Shown here: in pieces, positions 10,126 to 20,524 of the stretch
How positions within the stretch are numbered: position 1 is the first letter of the stretch
Layout of the letters: each line of letters begins with the position of its first letter
Assembly (NCBI GenBank): GCA_963733195.1
Contig: CAVTCR010000021.1
Location: 1 to 39,297 of the forward strand
Length of the DNA stretch: 39,297 nucleotides
From: an uncultured delta proteobacterium
Lineage (GTDB): Bacteria > Desulfobacterota > Binatia > Bin18
Direction: 5' to 3'
Position numbers and translations under genes: made by a program
Notes under the pieces: generated by a model
Told to the model about the DNA's origin: nothing
The model's input: only the letters and a program-made list of their open reading frames with translations
Database searches by the model: none

Positions 10126-10653
10126 ATGCACAAATTCCGCTTAGGACCGGCTGGAAAAACCGAACCGATCGTCTTTGGTGCACAGGGGCCGGCCTACTCT
10201 TTACTGCGCATTAATGACTGGATTGCCTATATGCGAGAGCACGGCATTCGTCGCATTTGCTGTCTTCTGCATAGTGACCAGCTCAAGTCGTATAAAGAGG
10301 ATTTATTGGAGACGTATGGCCGTGAGTTCGGCATGCAGAACGTGTGCTGGGCACCGATCCCAGATTATCATCTCTGTGATGTCGGCTTACTCAAAGAACG
10401 CATTCTTCCGTTTCTCAAAGAATCCGATGAAAAAAGCGAGCCGGTGGTCGTGCATTGCCATGGCGGACGCGGGCGAGCCGGGCATGTCCTCGCCGCCTGG
10501 TTGGTGTTCGGTCGCGGTTTCACTGTCGAAGACGCGATCGCCGGCGTCAAGGAAATGGGACGAAATCCGCACGAAGCGGCAGATTGGGGCAATGCGCAGC
10601 CTGAGGATCTCTACACACTACTCACGGCTTGTTTGGAAGGACCGGAGGTGTAG
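10126..10653 (+). CDS. Dual-specificity/tyrosine protein phosphatase family protein
   Basis: Catalytic VVVHCHGGRGRAG (HCX5R) and PIPDY general-acid loop. Confidence 0.85.
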   Translation: MHKFRLGPAGKTEPIVFGAQGPAYSLLRINDWIAYMREHGIRRICCLLHSDQLKSYKEDLLETYGREFGMQNVCWAPIPDYHLCDVGLLKERILPFLKESDEKSEPVVVHCHGGRGRAGHVLAAWLVFGRGFTVEDAIAGVKEMGRNPHEAADWGNAQPEDLYTLLTACLEGPEV

Positions 10654-10751
10654 CTGACGGGAGAGAAGAGATAAGAAGCTTGTGGACCAGCGTGTTATTG
10701 CGAGTTATCCATAGCGCAGTACACTAAGCATGGAGGCAGAAACTGGGTGCT

Positions 10752-10941
10752 CCTGGATTCCGGGTCTCGCGGTGCTCGCCCGGAATGACGGGCATGTCGT
10801 CTTCGTCATTCCAGCGAAAGCTGGAATCCAGGGGGCAGTGGGCAGAGCATTTTGTTTCTGAGCAGCGCAGCGAAGCAATCTCAGCGTTATGTTTCGCTCT
10901 CCACGAGATTGCTTCGTCGCCTCTGGCTCCTCGCAATGACA
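10752..10941. repeat. Cluster of palindromic repeats (GGATTCC..GGAATGAC / GTCATTCC..GGAATCC and GAAGCAATCTC..GAGATTGCTTC)
   Basis: Two inverted pairs lying between convergent genes. Confidence 0.75.
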
Positions 10942-10973
10942 CACACTCGCCTATTTCCTAGCCAACCTTCACG

Positions 10974-11735
10974 CTACATGGCAGTGATCCCACCATCCGC
11001 TGCCATTGCCAATCCAGTGACAAACGACGCTGCCCCCGAACACAACCACACTACAACCTCGGCAATTTCAGATGGTTGTCCCATGCGTCCGACAGGCTCT
11101 GAGGCTGCCATTTTCGCCGCGCGTTCGGCACGATGACCAGTGAGACGTCCCATCATCGGCGTGTCGATCGCCCCTGGACAGACCGCATTCACGCGCACAT
11201 TTTGTCTGGCGTATTCTAATGCTGCGGTTTTGGTGAGCCCGACCACACCATGTTTACTTGCGACATAGGCTGAGCCACCACGATACCCAACCAATCCTGC
11301 AGTCGACGCAGTGTTCACAACGGCTCCACCGCCATTCTTGAGCATGGCGGGAATTTCATACTTCATGCACAGCCATACTCCTTTGAGGTTGATGTTGATC
11401 ACGCGGTCCCACGCATCTTCTGGATAGTCAGGAATTGTGCCTGCTGCACCTTCGATCCCAGCATTATTGAAGGCACAGTCCAACCGTCCATACGTTTGCA
11501 CCACACGCGCAACCAAGGCCTCTACCTCAGCAGCTTTAGAAACATCTGTTTTCATGAAGAATGCGTCTCCGCCAGCTTTCTTCACCAAGCTGACTGTCTC
11601 TTCGCCACCTTCGACACTCACATCAGCAACTGCGACCTTCGCGCCTTCGCGCGTAAACGCTAATGCTGACGCTCTACCAATGCCAGAGCTGGCTCCGGTT
11701 ACTAATGCGACTTTTCCTGTGAATGATCCTGCCAT
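10974..11735 (-). CDS. SDR family oxidoreductase
   Basis: TGASSGIG, NNAG, YVASKHG. Confidence 0.95.
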   Translation of the reverse strand: MAGSFTGKVALVTGASSGIGRASALAFTREGAKVAVADVSVEGGEETVSLVKKAGGDAFFMKTDVSKAAEVEALVARVVQTYGRLDCAFNNAGIEGAAGTIPDYPEDAWDRVININLKGVWLCMKYEIPAMLKNGGGAVVNTASTAGLVGYRGGSAYVASKHGVVGLTKTAALEYARQNVRVNAVCPGAIDTPMMGRLTGHRAERAAKMAASEPVGRMGQPSEIAEVVVWLCSGAASFVTGLAMAADGGITAM

Positions 11736-11921
11736 AGGTAAGGTTTCCTTTCGTCAGTCGTAATCTTGAGCACGCAACATCCTCATCCCGCGCAAGGCCG
11801 CGGCCGCGACCTGTTTCAAAGGGGAATAGACTGGATTCCCGCCTTTGGCCTGCCACCGGCCACAGGTCGAAAAGGACGGATAGGGAGGATTTTTCTAATC
11901 AGGAGCATAAGCACTGATACT

Positions 11922-12785
11922 CTACCGAAACGCCCGAATCAACTTGGCGTACTGTTCAATCACCGACCACTGTTTCTCCGGCGCTTCCGGATAGAACAGG
12001 AACGACACACGATTGAAACCCATCGCAATGAGTTCACGGATGCGACCTTCGGTAGGTACCTGACCAGAAAGTGCCGGTCCCATAATGACACTCATATCGA
12101 ACTCTTTCATCGACCGCCCTACCCGATCCGCTTCGACCCGAATAGCAGCCAGATCTTTCGCCAGGTCATACGGCCCATCCAGTGGCATCCAACCGTCACA
12201 ATACTCAACAATCCGTTTCACCGCCCATTTCGACATCGCCCCCATGAACACCGGCGGTCCACCGGCCTGAATCGGTTTCGGCCAGCACCATAGCGGGTCG
12301 AAGTTGACGAACTGACCGTGAAACTCTGCCACTTCTTTATTCCAGATCTCTTTCATCGCCAGTACCCGCTCGCGCGTCACTTTCCATCGATCCTTAAACG
12401 CCACGCCATGATCCGCCATTTCCTCAGCGTTCCACCCAGCGCCAATGCCGAACAAGAAACGCCCGTTGGATACACGATCCAAACATGAGATCGTCTTTGC
12501 CAGCGTGATCGGATGGTGTTCCGGCACCAAACACACCGAGGTCCCAACTTTGAGTTTTTGCGTGACTGCCGCAGCTGCCGTCAATGCAATAAACGGATCG
12601 AAGAACTCTTTGTAGCATTGCGGCAATTCACCGCCGATGGGAAACGGCGTCTTGCGACTGGTGGGAATATGTGTGTGTTCACCAAAAAATACAGATTCAA
12701 AGCCATTTTCTTCTGCCCAGCGGGCCAGATCTACCGGCGCAATCGTATAATGCGTCGGAATCGTCACCAATCCGAAGTCTGCCAT
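11922..12785 (-). CDS. LLM class F420-dependent oxidoreductase
   Basis: GFESVFFGEHTHIP, DPFIALTAAAAVT, GRFLFGIGAGWN. Confidence 0.9.
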   Translation of the reverse strand: MADFGLVTIPTHYTIAPVDLARWAEENGFESVFFGEHTHIPTSRKTPFPIGGELPQCYKEFFDPFIALTAAAAVTQKLKVGTSVCLVPEHHPITLAKTISCLDRVSNGRFLFGIGAGWNAEEMADHGVAFKDRWKVTRERVLAMKEIWNKEVAEFHGQFVNFDPLWCWPKPIQAGGPPVFMGAMSKWAVKRIVEYCDGWMPLDGPYDLAKDLAAIRVEADRVGRSMKEFDMSVIMGPALSGQVPTEGRIRELIAMGFNRVSFLFYPEAPEKQWSVIEQYAKLIRAFR

Positions 12786-12895
12786 GATAATCCTCCTTTA
12801 TCGTCGTGAGCCTTTGGTTACCACAACTGTCGAACTCTTGACAGAACCACCCTAAATACTTCATGGTAAGGCCATCAAAACGGTAGGAGGGCTTT

Positions 12896-14636
12896 ATGGC
12901 AGAATATGATGTTGTTATTAAGGACGGAACTATCGTCGATGGCACGCGAGTACCGCGTTACAAAGGCGATATTGGTATCAAGAACGGCAAGATCGCTAAG
13001 ATCGGCCGTATCAACAGCAGTGATGGCAAGAAGGTTCTCGATGCGCGTGGGCTGATCGTTGCACCAGGCGGTATTGATCTCCATACTCACTACGATGCGC
13101 AGGTCCACTGGGACCCGTACCTCAGCGTATCAAGCTGGCACGGTGTGACAACTGTCACAATGGGCAACTGCGGCTTCGGCTTCGCTCCGCTCCATCCAGC
13201 GGATGCCGAACGCGCCATGCTCGCATTGTCGCGTAACGAAGCGATTCCGATGGCACCGATGCAGGCTTCGATGGACTTTAAATGGTCCACCTTCCCGCAA
13301 TACCTGGATCGCTTAGAACGGCTGCCATTAGGCATCAACATTTCCCATCTGTTCCCCATTTCCCCTGCTGTTGCTTACGTGATGGGCAGCTTCGCAGCAG
13401 CGAAAGAGCGGCGCCCGAATGAGAAAGAAACCGAACAAGTCGCCAAACTACTGTCAGAAGCGATGGATGCTGGTGCAGTGGGCTGGGGTGCTCAACAACT
13501 CGTCCCAGGTGGAAGCTCGGCAGTGCAGTGTGATTATGACGGCAGCCCGATGATTTCGGATATGTTGCCGGATTCCTTCTATGTCCGCATGGCCCGCGTG
13601 CTGGCAGAAAAAGGCGCTGGCTGCATTCAGTTCACCCGTTCGAGCGTCGGCGTGGATGATCCGAACGCCGGCATGCACCACGACTTCGACTTCAACTCTA
13701 AGCTCGCCGAAGAGAGTGGCCGTCCGGTATTGTTCAATGCGATGGCAGTGAACGACAAGTTCCCATACGTCTATCGCGCCCAGCTGCCGCTGGCTCGCCG
13801 AAGCTAACAAACAAGGGAAGCCGGTCTTCGGTCAAGCTGTCACTGCGCGTGCAGCCAATCACATCACCTTTGAGAACTGGAACCTGTTCGACGATAGCCC
13901 GCACTGGCGCGAAGCCACCACCGGCACGATCGAAGAGAAACGCGTTAAACTTGCTGACCAGCGTATTCGCGCTGCTCTCCGCGAGGAATATGATGCCGGC
14001 ACCAAGTCACGTGACTTCTTGTTCGGTGAACTGGCGGAATTCGTATGTGACCACACGCCAGATGCTTCGCTGAAGAAGTACGAAGGCAAAACTGTTGGTG
14101 AGATCGCCAAGCAAGAGAACAAGCATCCAATCGACGCGATGCTTGACATCTCCGCCAAGGAAATCCGCACCGTATGGCGTGGCCCAGTCGTCAACAACAA
14201 CGTGGAGCACTACCGCGAAATCATGGCCTCACCGTACACCCTGCCTGGCGTGTCCGATGGTGGTGCGCATATTAAGTTCATCACCCCAGGGACCTACTCG
14301 ACTGACATGCTCACCTGGATGGTGCGTGACTCTAACATTATGAGCCTTGAAGAAGCGCACTATCGCCTCAGCTACCTCACAGCATGGGCAGCAGGCATTA
14401 AGGATCGTGGCTGTCTGCGTGAAGGCCTGGCAGCAGACATTATCGTCTACGACCTCGACAAACTGAAGATCCTCCCGTCCGAGGTTGTCCACGATCTGCC
14501 AGCCAACGAATGGCGGCGTGTGCAGAAGTCCGAAGGGTACCGCTGGTACCTCGTCAATGGTCAAGTGACTTTTGAAGATGGCAAGTGCACCGGCGCAACT
14601 GCTGGTCGGCAGTTGCGTAGTGGGCAAGCGGCGTAA
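12896..14636 (+). CDS. N-acyl-D-amino-acid deacylase family amidohydrolase (frameshifts ~13790-13870)
   Basis: APGGIDLHTHYD, HGVTTVTMGNCG, SDGGAH; colinear with the paralogue at 20499. Confidence 0.88.
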
Positions 14637-14752
14637 GACAACTAAGGTCTAAGGAGTCATGGGGAAAGGTCTAGGAGTTAACAGAAAAGGAAACATTTTG
14701 CTTCTCTCTTTTAAGACTCCCTAGACTCTCAGACTCCTTGATCCTTAGACTG

Positions 14753-15433
14753 TTAAAACGGGCACACCTTCGCGCCTCGTACCGATGCGGGGCGTTCCGT
14801 ACAGCGTGTGTACCATGCCATCACTTTGGGGAAATCTTCCTTCAGTTTCAGGTCCTCACTCGCGTTGTAACCCCAATCTAAACATCCCACCCACGGGAAC
14901 GTGGCGATGTCGGCAATCGTGTATTCTTCTCCTGCTAAATACGCACCTTCTGTGAGCCTTTTCTCCAACACGCCAAGCAAGCGCCGTGTTTCGTTAGTAT
15001 AGCGCTCAATCGGATAGGGAAGTTTCTCTTTGGCAAATCTGTAGAAGTGACCAAACTGTCCGAACATCGGACCGACACCAGCCATTTGAAAGAACAACCA
15101 TTGAATTGCCTCACTGCGGCGACGTGGATCGCGTGGCAGTAATTTGCCAGTTTTTTCAGCAAGGTGCAGCAGAATCGCGCCTGACTCGAAGATCGCTAGC
15201 GGTTTACCATCCGGTCCGTTGGGATCAACAATCGCCGGAATCTTCGAATTCGGGTTAATTGCTTTGAACTCATCGGTGAATTGCTCGTTTTGGCCAATAT
15301 TCACTTTGTGTGCTTCATACGGCAACCCGACTTCTTCCAGGGCGATACTCACTTTCTGTCCATTTGGTGTCGCCAAGGAATAGAGTTGAATCCAGTCCGG
15401 ATGTTCGATCGGCCATTTACGTTCACTGCTCAT
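14753..15433 (-). CDS. Glutathione S-transferase, YfcG/YghU-like
   Basis: LYSLATPNGQKV, INPNSKIPAI, FESGAIL, YTIADIA. Confidence 0.9.
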   Translation of the reverse strand: MSSERKWPIEHPDWIQLYSLATPNGQKVSIALEEVGLPYEAHKVNIGQNEQFTDEFKAINPNSKIPAIVDPNGPDGKPLAIFESGAILLHLAEKTGKLLPRDPRRRSEAIQWLFFQMAGVGPMFGQFGHFYRFAKEKLPYPIERYTNETRRLLGVLEKRLTEGAYLAGEEYTIADIATFPWVGCLDWGYNASEDLKLKEDFPKVMAWYTRCTERPASVRGAKVCPF

Positions 15434-15540
15434 GCATCGTTCTCCTTCGTACAAAATCTTTCCCTGCTTATGGACATCGCGGAGGTGTTGCAAGGACGGG
15501 ACGATTCTCTTGACCACGGAACAATCTTCGGTCTACTGAG

Positions 15541-15789
15541 AAGCCACCAACCTCAGAAGAACTCGCCAAGGTGAATGGGCCGTATTATCTCTACTGCATC
15601 GAAAAATTTGGCGTGAATCGCTGTATGTTTGAAAGCAATTTCCCGGTTGATAAGGCGTCATGCTCGTACACCGTACTGTGGAATTCGTTCAAGCGAATGA
15701 CTGAGAAATTTTCGCCGACTGAGAAGGCAGCGCTGTTTCATGACACTGCTGTACGAGTGTATAAGTTGAAGGACAACTTGTTGTCGTAG
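15541..15789 (+). pseudogene. C-terminal fragment of an amidohydrolase_2 family gene
   Basis: PPTSEELAK...IEKFGVNRCMFESNFPVDK...LFHDTAVRVYKL; N-terminal part absent. Confidence 0.75.
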
Positions 15790-15823
15790 CGTACGCAACG
15801 CGCACGAAGAAAAAGGAGGCCCC

Positions 15824-16282
15824 ATGAAACTCACAAGCGTAGCCCATACAGGATTCACGGTGAGTAACCTCGACCGTTCGTTAGCATTCTATCGTGATCT
15901 ACTGGGTATGCAGGTTATGTATATACGCGACACCACTGAAGAGTATGTCAGTAAAGTAACCGGCTTTGCTAACGCACACCTCAAGATCGCACTGCTCAAA
16001 TTATCCCCAGACGATCCCCATATGCTCGAACTCCTCGAATACGTCTCGCATCCCGGCGAACCAACCGACCGCGCCACTAATCGTCCAGGCAACGGTCACC
16101 TCGCCCTACGGGTCGATGACCTCCAGGCCTGGTATCAACGCTTGTCTGCGGCAGGTGTAGAGTTTCGCTCATCTGGCCCCGTTCCAGTATCTACGGGAAT
16201 CAATGCGGGGGCATCAGCCGTGTATATGCGCGATCCAGACGGATTCACGATAGAGTTGGTACAACCGGCACAGAAGCAGTAG
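15824..16282 (+). CDS. VOC/glyoxalase family protein
   Basis: HTGFTVSNLDRSLAFYRDLLG, ELLEY, RDPDGFTIEL; AGGAGG RBS. Confidence 0.9.
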   Translation: MKLTSVAHTGFTVSNLDRSLAFYRDLLGMQVMYIRDTTEEYVSKVTGFANAHLKIALLKLSPDDPHMLELLEYVSHPGEPTDRATNRPGNGHLALRVDDLQAWYQRLSAAGVEFRSSGPVPVSTGINAGASAVYMRDPDGFTIELVQPAQKQ

Positions 16283-16418
16283 CCGCATGGGGAAAGAGCG
16301 AAATGGGGCAATAGCGAGAAGGATAAAACGGATAATCGTCTGTACGGCCTGCCCTGGTTGCGATCTGCCCTGAGTGCCCAGTCATTCCGAGGCTGTTTCT
16401 CATCGTCCGAGATCACCA

Positions 16419-17475
16419 ATGAGCACGCATGACATGACCATGACCATCACGCAGTAGAGTCCATCACGACCCGCCGCGACAGTTGACGCGCGCAGAGAAC
16501 AAACAGCGCGAGATCCGCACCAAAGCCATTGAATCGTTGTTGCTGGAAAAGCAGCTTGTCACCGCGGCAACGCTCGATGCAGTGATCAAAACCTACGAGG
16601 ATGATCTTGGTCCACTGAACGGTGCAAAAGTAGTCGCCCGGGCATGGGTTGATCCTGTATATAAAGAACGTCTTCTTCTCGACGGCACAGCCGCTATTGC
16701 TGAATTAGGATTCGGTGGATTGCAGGGAGAACGCCTCGTTGTCGTTGAAAACACGCCAACTGCACATAATGTGATCTCATGCGTTCTCTGCTCGTGCTAT
16801 CCCTGGCCGGTGCTCGGGCTTCCCCCCTTCTGGTATAAGAGTCAAGCCTATCGCTCACGCATTGGTGGAAACACGCGGGAAGTGTTACGTGAATTCGGCC
16901 TGGAACTTGACGCTGAGACTGAAATTTTTGTCTGGAACAGCAGTGCCCAGACACGATATATGGTGTTGCCGCAACGACCAACGGGAACCGAGCACCTGAC
17001 AGAGGAAGAACTAGCTGCACTCGTCACGCGGGATGTGATGATCGGTGTCGCACAGGTCACTCTCGACAAACGGCCCTCAAGTCCTTCGTCACAACGCCGC
17101 ATAGCCGACATGGAAGGAAATACCGCCCTCCCACGACGCAGTGGCGAATTGGTCTTTCAAGACCCGTGGGAAGGTGAAGCATTTGCGATGGCAGTAGCGT
17201 TATGCGAACGCGGCTTATATCCCTGGAGTGATTTTCAGCGTCATCTCATCACACAGATTGCAGCAGCCGAACAAAAGGAAATTTCGCCAGAAATACGTCC
17301 GACGTACTACGAATGTTGGCTGGCTGCGCTTGAGTCACTCCTTATTGATAAGAAGATTCTCGTAAAGAAGAAGATCGACAACCGCGCGATCTGGTTAGCA
17401 AGAGCTGCCTCTGGATCGGCTTCGCGCTCGTTTATGCAAATGGGATGGGATATGGAGGACGAGGAGGACAATTGA
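16419..17475 (+). CDS. nthA: Nitrile hydratase alpha subunit-like protein fused to an NHase accessory (beta-like) domain; His-rich N-terminus frameshifted
   Basis: [41 protein letters not shown]; C-terminal [25 protein letters not shown]...[13 protein letters not shown]. Confidence 0.8.
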
Positions 17476-17612
17476 GAATTAAAAATTAGGAATTAAGAGT
17501 GAAGAATGAAAAAGGGACACGTAAGAACGTGAGCGGGATGCGTGAAACGTAATGCGTAAATAGGTAGTCAGTGTGCATTGACTTTAGACTTTAGACTTTG
17601 GACCTTGGACCT
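17474..17612. repeat. Degenerate heptamer tandem repeats
   Basis: gaattaa/aaattag, acgtaag/gcgtgaa, gacttta/gactttg/gaccttg runs. Confidence 0.65.
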
Positions 17613-17618
17613 CCGGCG

Positions 17619-18911
17619 TTACTCCATCCGCCGGATGTTCGTAAACAACACCAGGCAAGCAACAACAACGATCATGCTACCACCCGCAATCGCACAAGTG
17701 GTCAGTGGGCCAAATTGCTTGACGAAAACTCCTGACAGTGGTGCACCGAGAAGTCCCGTCGCTCCCGTAAACCCAAACGAGTACGTTGCTAGTACTCGGG
17801 CACGATGGGACGGTGGGGCATGTTCCTGAAAGATCATCCGCCCTGCGTTGACAAACACTGCGGCCCCCATTCCCCACAGTACGATTGCAAGAAGTGTCCC
17901 CCACAATGGTAACCCCTGGGCAATAGCTATGAGGCACAGCGCCCCAGAAGTCAGAGTCATAAGCTGAGCTATTCCTCTTCGTCGTAGCCGCCCACGCCAT
18001 AACATGACGAATGATCCGAGAATTGTGCCGGTTGGAAACATCATATTCAGTAGCGCTAGTTGGCCAATGTCCCCACCGTAGTAATCGCGCACCAGAATTG
18101 GAAAAACGACAATAAAAGGGCCGATGAAGAGGGTTCCTACACTATTTACCAGCAGGAAGACGGGCAACAGTACTGGTGAACCAAACACTTCGCGCAGTCC
18201 TGCCATAACATCGATAAAGCGGAGTGGATGTTGAGCAGTGCCGCCGTGCGGTGGCGCTGGGGGTAACTTATACAAGGCCGCTATACCACTCAGTAGGATC
18301 AAAGCGTGCAAACCGAGTGCTGGCGCGGTACCAATCCAACGTGCCGCCCCAGCGATCAGCGAACCTAGGGCTTGTGTCCCCCATTGGGTCAGATTGAGGC
18401 CAGCTACTGCACGCAGCAGGTTTGTGCCTGCAACTTCAGAGAGCAGGGAATCTCGGGCTGGCATAACAAACGCCTGCACACTACCCATACTCAGCGCATA
18501 CACAATCAGTAGTGGCAACGAGAGGAGATCATAAGCAACGATAGTAACCAGGCTCAATGACAGCAGCGTTGCAACGAAATGTAGTCCCATGAGTAGGATT
18601 CGCCGATCACGTCGATCGGCAACCGCGCCACCAACGAAGAGCAACACTACCGACGGGAGCATCAGCGCGCTTTGAGAAATACCAACCCACTCCGCCGGCG
18701 CATGCAATACACCAACCACGAGCCAAGAGAACAAAACGCTCTGCATGCCCATCGCGATGAACCACGTCGCCACGCCAGTGATGAACCAGCCATAGGCGCT
18801 TTCACGCGGATGAGACGGGGAAGATATGGGCGAGTCTTGAGAATCTGATGATTGCTGTAGCGTAGATGGTTGCGGCACAGATGACGTTTCCAGTGACAGA
18901 AGACTCGTCAT
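17619..18911 (-). CDS. MFS transporter
   Basis: GGAVADRRDRR motif, about 12 hydrophobic segments, PPSHRARV. Confidence 0.88.
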   Translation of the reverse strand: MTSLLSLETSSVPQPSTLQQSSDSQDSPISSPSHPRESAYGWFITGVATWFIAMGMQSVLFSWLVVGVLHAPAEWVGISQSALMLPSVVLLFVGGAVADRRDRRILLMGLHFVATLLSLSLVTIVAYDLLSLPLLIVYALSMGSVQAFVMPARDSLLSEVAGTNLLRAVAGLNLTQWGTQALGSLIAGAARWIGTAPALGLHALILLSGIAALYKLPPAPPHGGTAQHPLRFIDVMAGLREVFGSPVLLPVFLLVNSVGTLFIGPFIVVFPILVRDYYGGDIGQLALLNMMFPTGTILGSFVMLWRGRLRRRGIAQLMTLTSGALCLIAIAQGLPLWGTLLAIVLWGMGAAVFVNAGRMIFQEHAPPSHRARVLATYSFGFTGATGLLGAPLSGVFVKQFGPLTTCAIAGGSMIVVVACLVLFTNIRRME

Positions 18912-18945
18912 GCCATCCCAGCCGAGGCAAGTCAAGGAAAGGCAG

Positions 18946-19007
18946 GGTACTATCCTAATTCGGACACTCAAGGGGTGAAATTAGGATACTGTCAGTCGAA
19001 AGCCGGA
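18946..19007. repeat. ~62-bp hairpin-containing direct repeat, copy 1
   Basis: ggtactatcctaattcggacactcaaggggtgaaattaggatactgtcagtcgaaagccgga. Confidence 0.9.
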
Positions 19008-19050
19008 GATTCTTACCTACTTCCGAACCTTAAAATCCGTTCTGGCAGGT

Positions 19051-19578
19051 TTACTTTTTTCCCTCAGTGCGAAACCCAATTTGTCGCTGTTTGGGTGCTG
19101 GAGGCTTCATCAATTCCCGGATAGCGTTAAAGACCACCTGAAATTGGTCATCGTGCTTAGCGAGGTTTCGCTCAATCGCTTCGACTTTGCGGCGCAGTGA
19201 TTCGTGAGACCCAAGGAGTTGCCGCAAGCGGACGAAGGCGCGCATAATTTGTATGTTTACCTGCACGGCTCTTTCGCTGCGAAGGACACTAGAGAGCATG
19301 GCCACCCCTTGCTCTGTAAAGGCCAAAGGTGGGGTGCGTCGTCCTCCCCAACTTGCGGTCACAAATTGCAACCTCAAGTTGCTAAACTCCTGTAATGTCA
19401 ACTGAAACATGAAATCAGCAGGGAACCGAGCGATGTTGCGCCTGACTTGTTGGTTGAGTTGCTTGGTGGTAACTCCATACAGACTTGCAAGGTCTTGGTC
19501 GAGTAGCACTTTGTGACCGCGTATCAAGAGGATGGCTTTTTCAATCCGTTCTTCAGGAACCGCTATCTCCGCTCGCAT
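19051..19578 (-). CDS. ORF6N domain DNA-binding protein
   Basis: [55 protein letters not shown]. Confidence 0.92.
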   Translation of the reverse strand: MRAEIAVPEERIEKAILLIRGHKVLLDQDLASLYGVTTKQLNQQVRRNIARFPADFMFQLTLQEFSNLRLQFVTASWGGRRTPPLAFTEQGVAMLSSVLRSERAVQVNIQIMRAFVRLRQLLGSHESLRRKVEAIERNLAKHDDQFQVVFNAIRELMKPPAPKQRQIGFRTEGKK

Positions 19579-19769
19579 ATTTTCCTTCCTCCCCGTCCTC
19601 ACTCCTATCCGAACTCCAGCGCTGTTGACATTTATTTCTTCTAACCGTCTGTTTCTTTAGAATATACGAGACCTTCAGGTTACCCTGTCGTTGAGTCAAG
19701 GTCTCTACGTCCTTAGCCCGGGTCTTCCCTTCAGCTAGCTCATAAACTCCCCTATTTTGAGAAACATCC

Positions 19770-19837
19770 GGTACTGTCCTAATTCGGACACTCAAGGGGT
19801 GAAATTAGGACACTTCAGTCGAAAGCCGGACAGTACC
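19770..19837. repeat. Direct repeat copy 2, bounded by 10-bp inverted repeats GGTACTGTCC/GGACAGTACC
   Basis: ggtactgtcctaattcggacactcaaggggtgaaattaggacacttcagtcgaaagccggacagtacc. Confidence 0.9.
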
Positions 19838-19909
19838 AAAGGCAGGAAACGCTTGACAGACCAGAACCGAAGAGAGTACGACTTGGGGGAGACGATAAGG
19901 AGGGCGGGC

Positions 19910-20524
19910 ATGTTTAATGTGAATGATTTCGTCAAGGCGTGCCAAGGTAAGCAGCCCAGCGCGATCAAAGAAATTCTCACTGAAGCCTTGCGCGATCCCG
20001 AGAGTATCAGCAAAGCGTTGGCTTCTTTCGGAGATGGCAAAGACGTGAGTAAAGGAGGAATGGGCGACTTACTGATCCATCGTGCGCCGGATCTCACTAT
20101 TCTCAAGGCAGCGGTTCCGCCAAAATTCAAAAGTGCGCCGCATAATCATCTCATGTGGGCAGTGATCGGTGTCTACGACGGCCAAGAGAACAATTATTTT
20201 TATCGTCGCAGTGGCAATGGGTTGGAAGCCGCTAATGGAAAGCAGGTTCACCAGTCAGAGGTATTAGTGCTGGGTGAAGACGTGATTCACGCGATTGAGA
20301 ATCCACTCGATCGTCCCCTATTCGCTATTCACGTTTATGGCGGCGACCTACCTGGTGCACCACGGCGGATGTGGAATCCATTTACCATGCAAGAAGAGGC
20401 GTTCGACTTTCAAACTATGCGCGGCTATGCGCAGAAAATGATGGAGCAACAACATAGTACACTAACATACGAAGAAAAAGAGAAGGAGGAATCATACAAT
20501 GGCAGAGTACGATCTTCACATTAA
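19910..20524 (+). CDS. Cysteine dioxygenase-like cupin metalloenzyme
   Basis: PHNH...AVIGVYDGQE, VIHAIENP, IHVYGGD; 3' end overlaps the next gene, so the stop is uncertain. Confidence 0.7.
   Translation: MFNVNDFVKACQGKQPSAIKEILTEALRDPESISKALASFGDGKDVSKGGMGDLLIHRAPDLTILKAAVPPKFKSAPHNHLMWAVIGVYDGQENNYFYRRSGNGLEAANGKQVHQSEVLVLGEDVIHAIENPLDRPLFAIHVYGGDLPGAPRRMWNPFTMQEEAFDFQTMRGYAQKMMEQQHSTLTYEEKEKEESYNGRVRSSH

Noticed and set aside
10705-10944. Small ORFs across the repeat cluster
   Set aside because: Translations of palindromic repeats (WIPAFAGMT-type), not genes
19580-19770. Transposase remnant between ORF6N and repeat copy 2
   Set aside because: Only a short KGRP-like stretch on the minus strand; insufficient evidence
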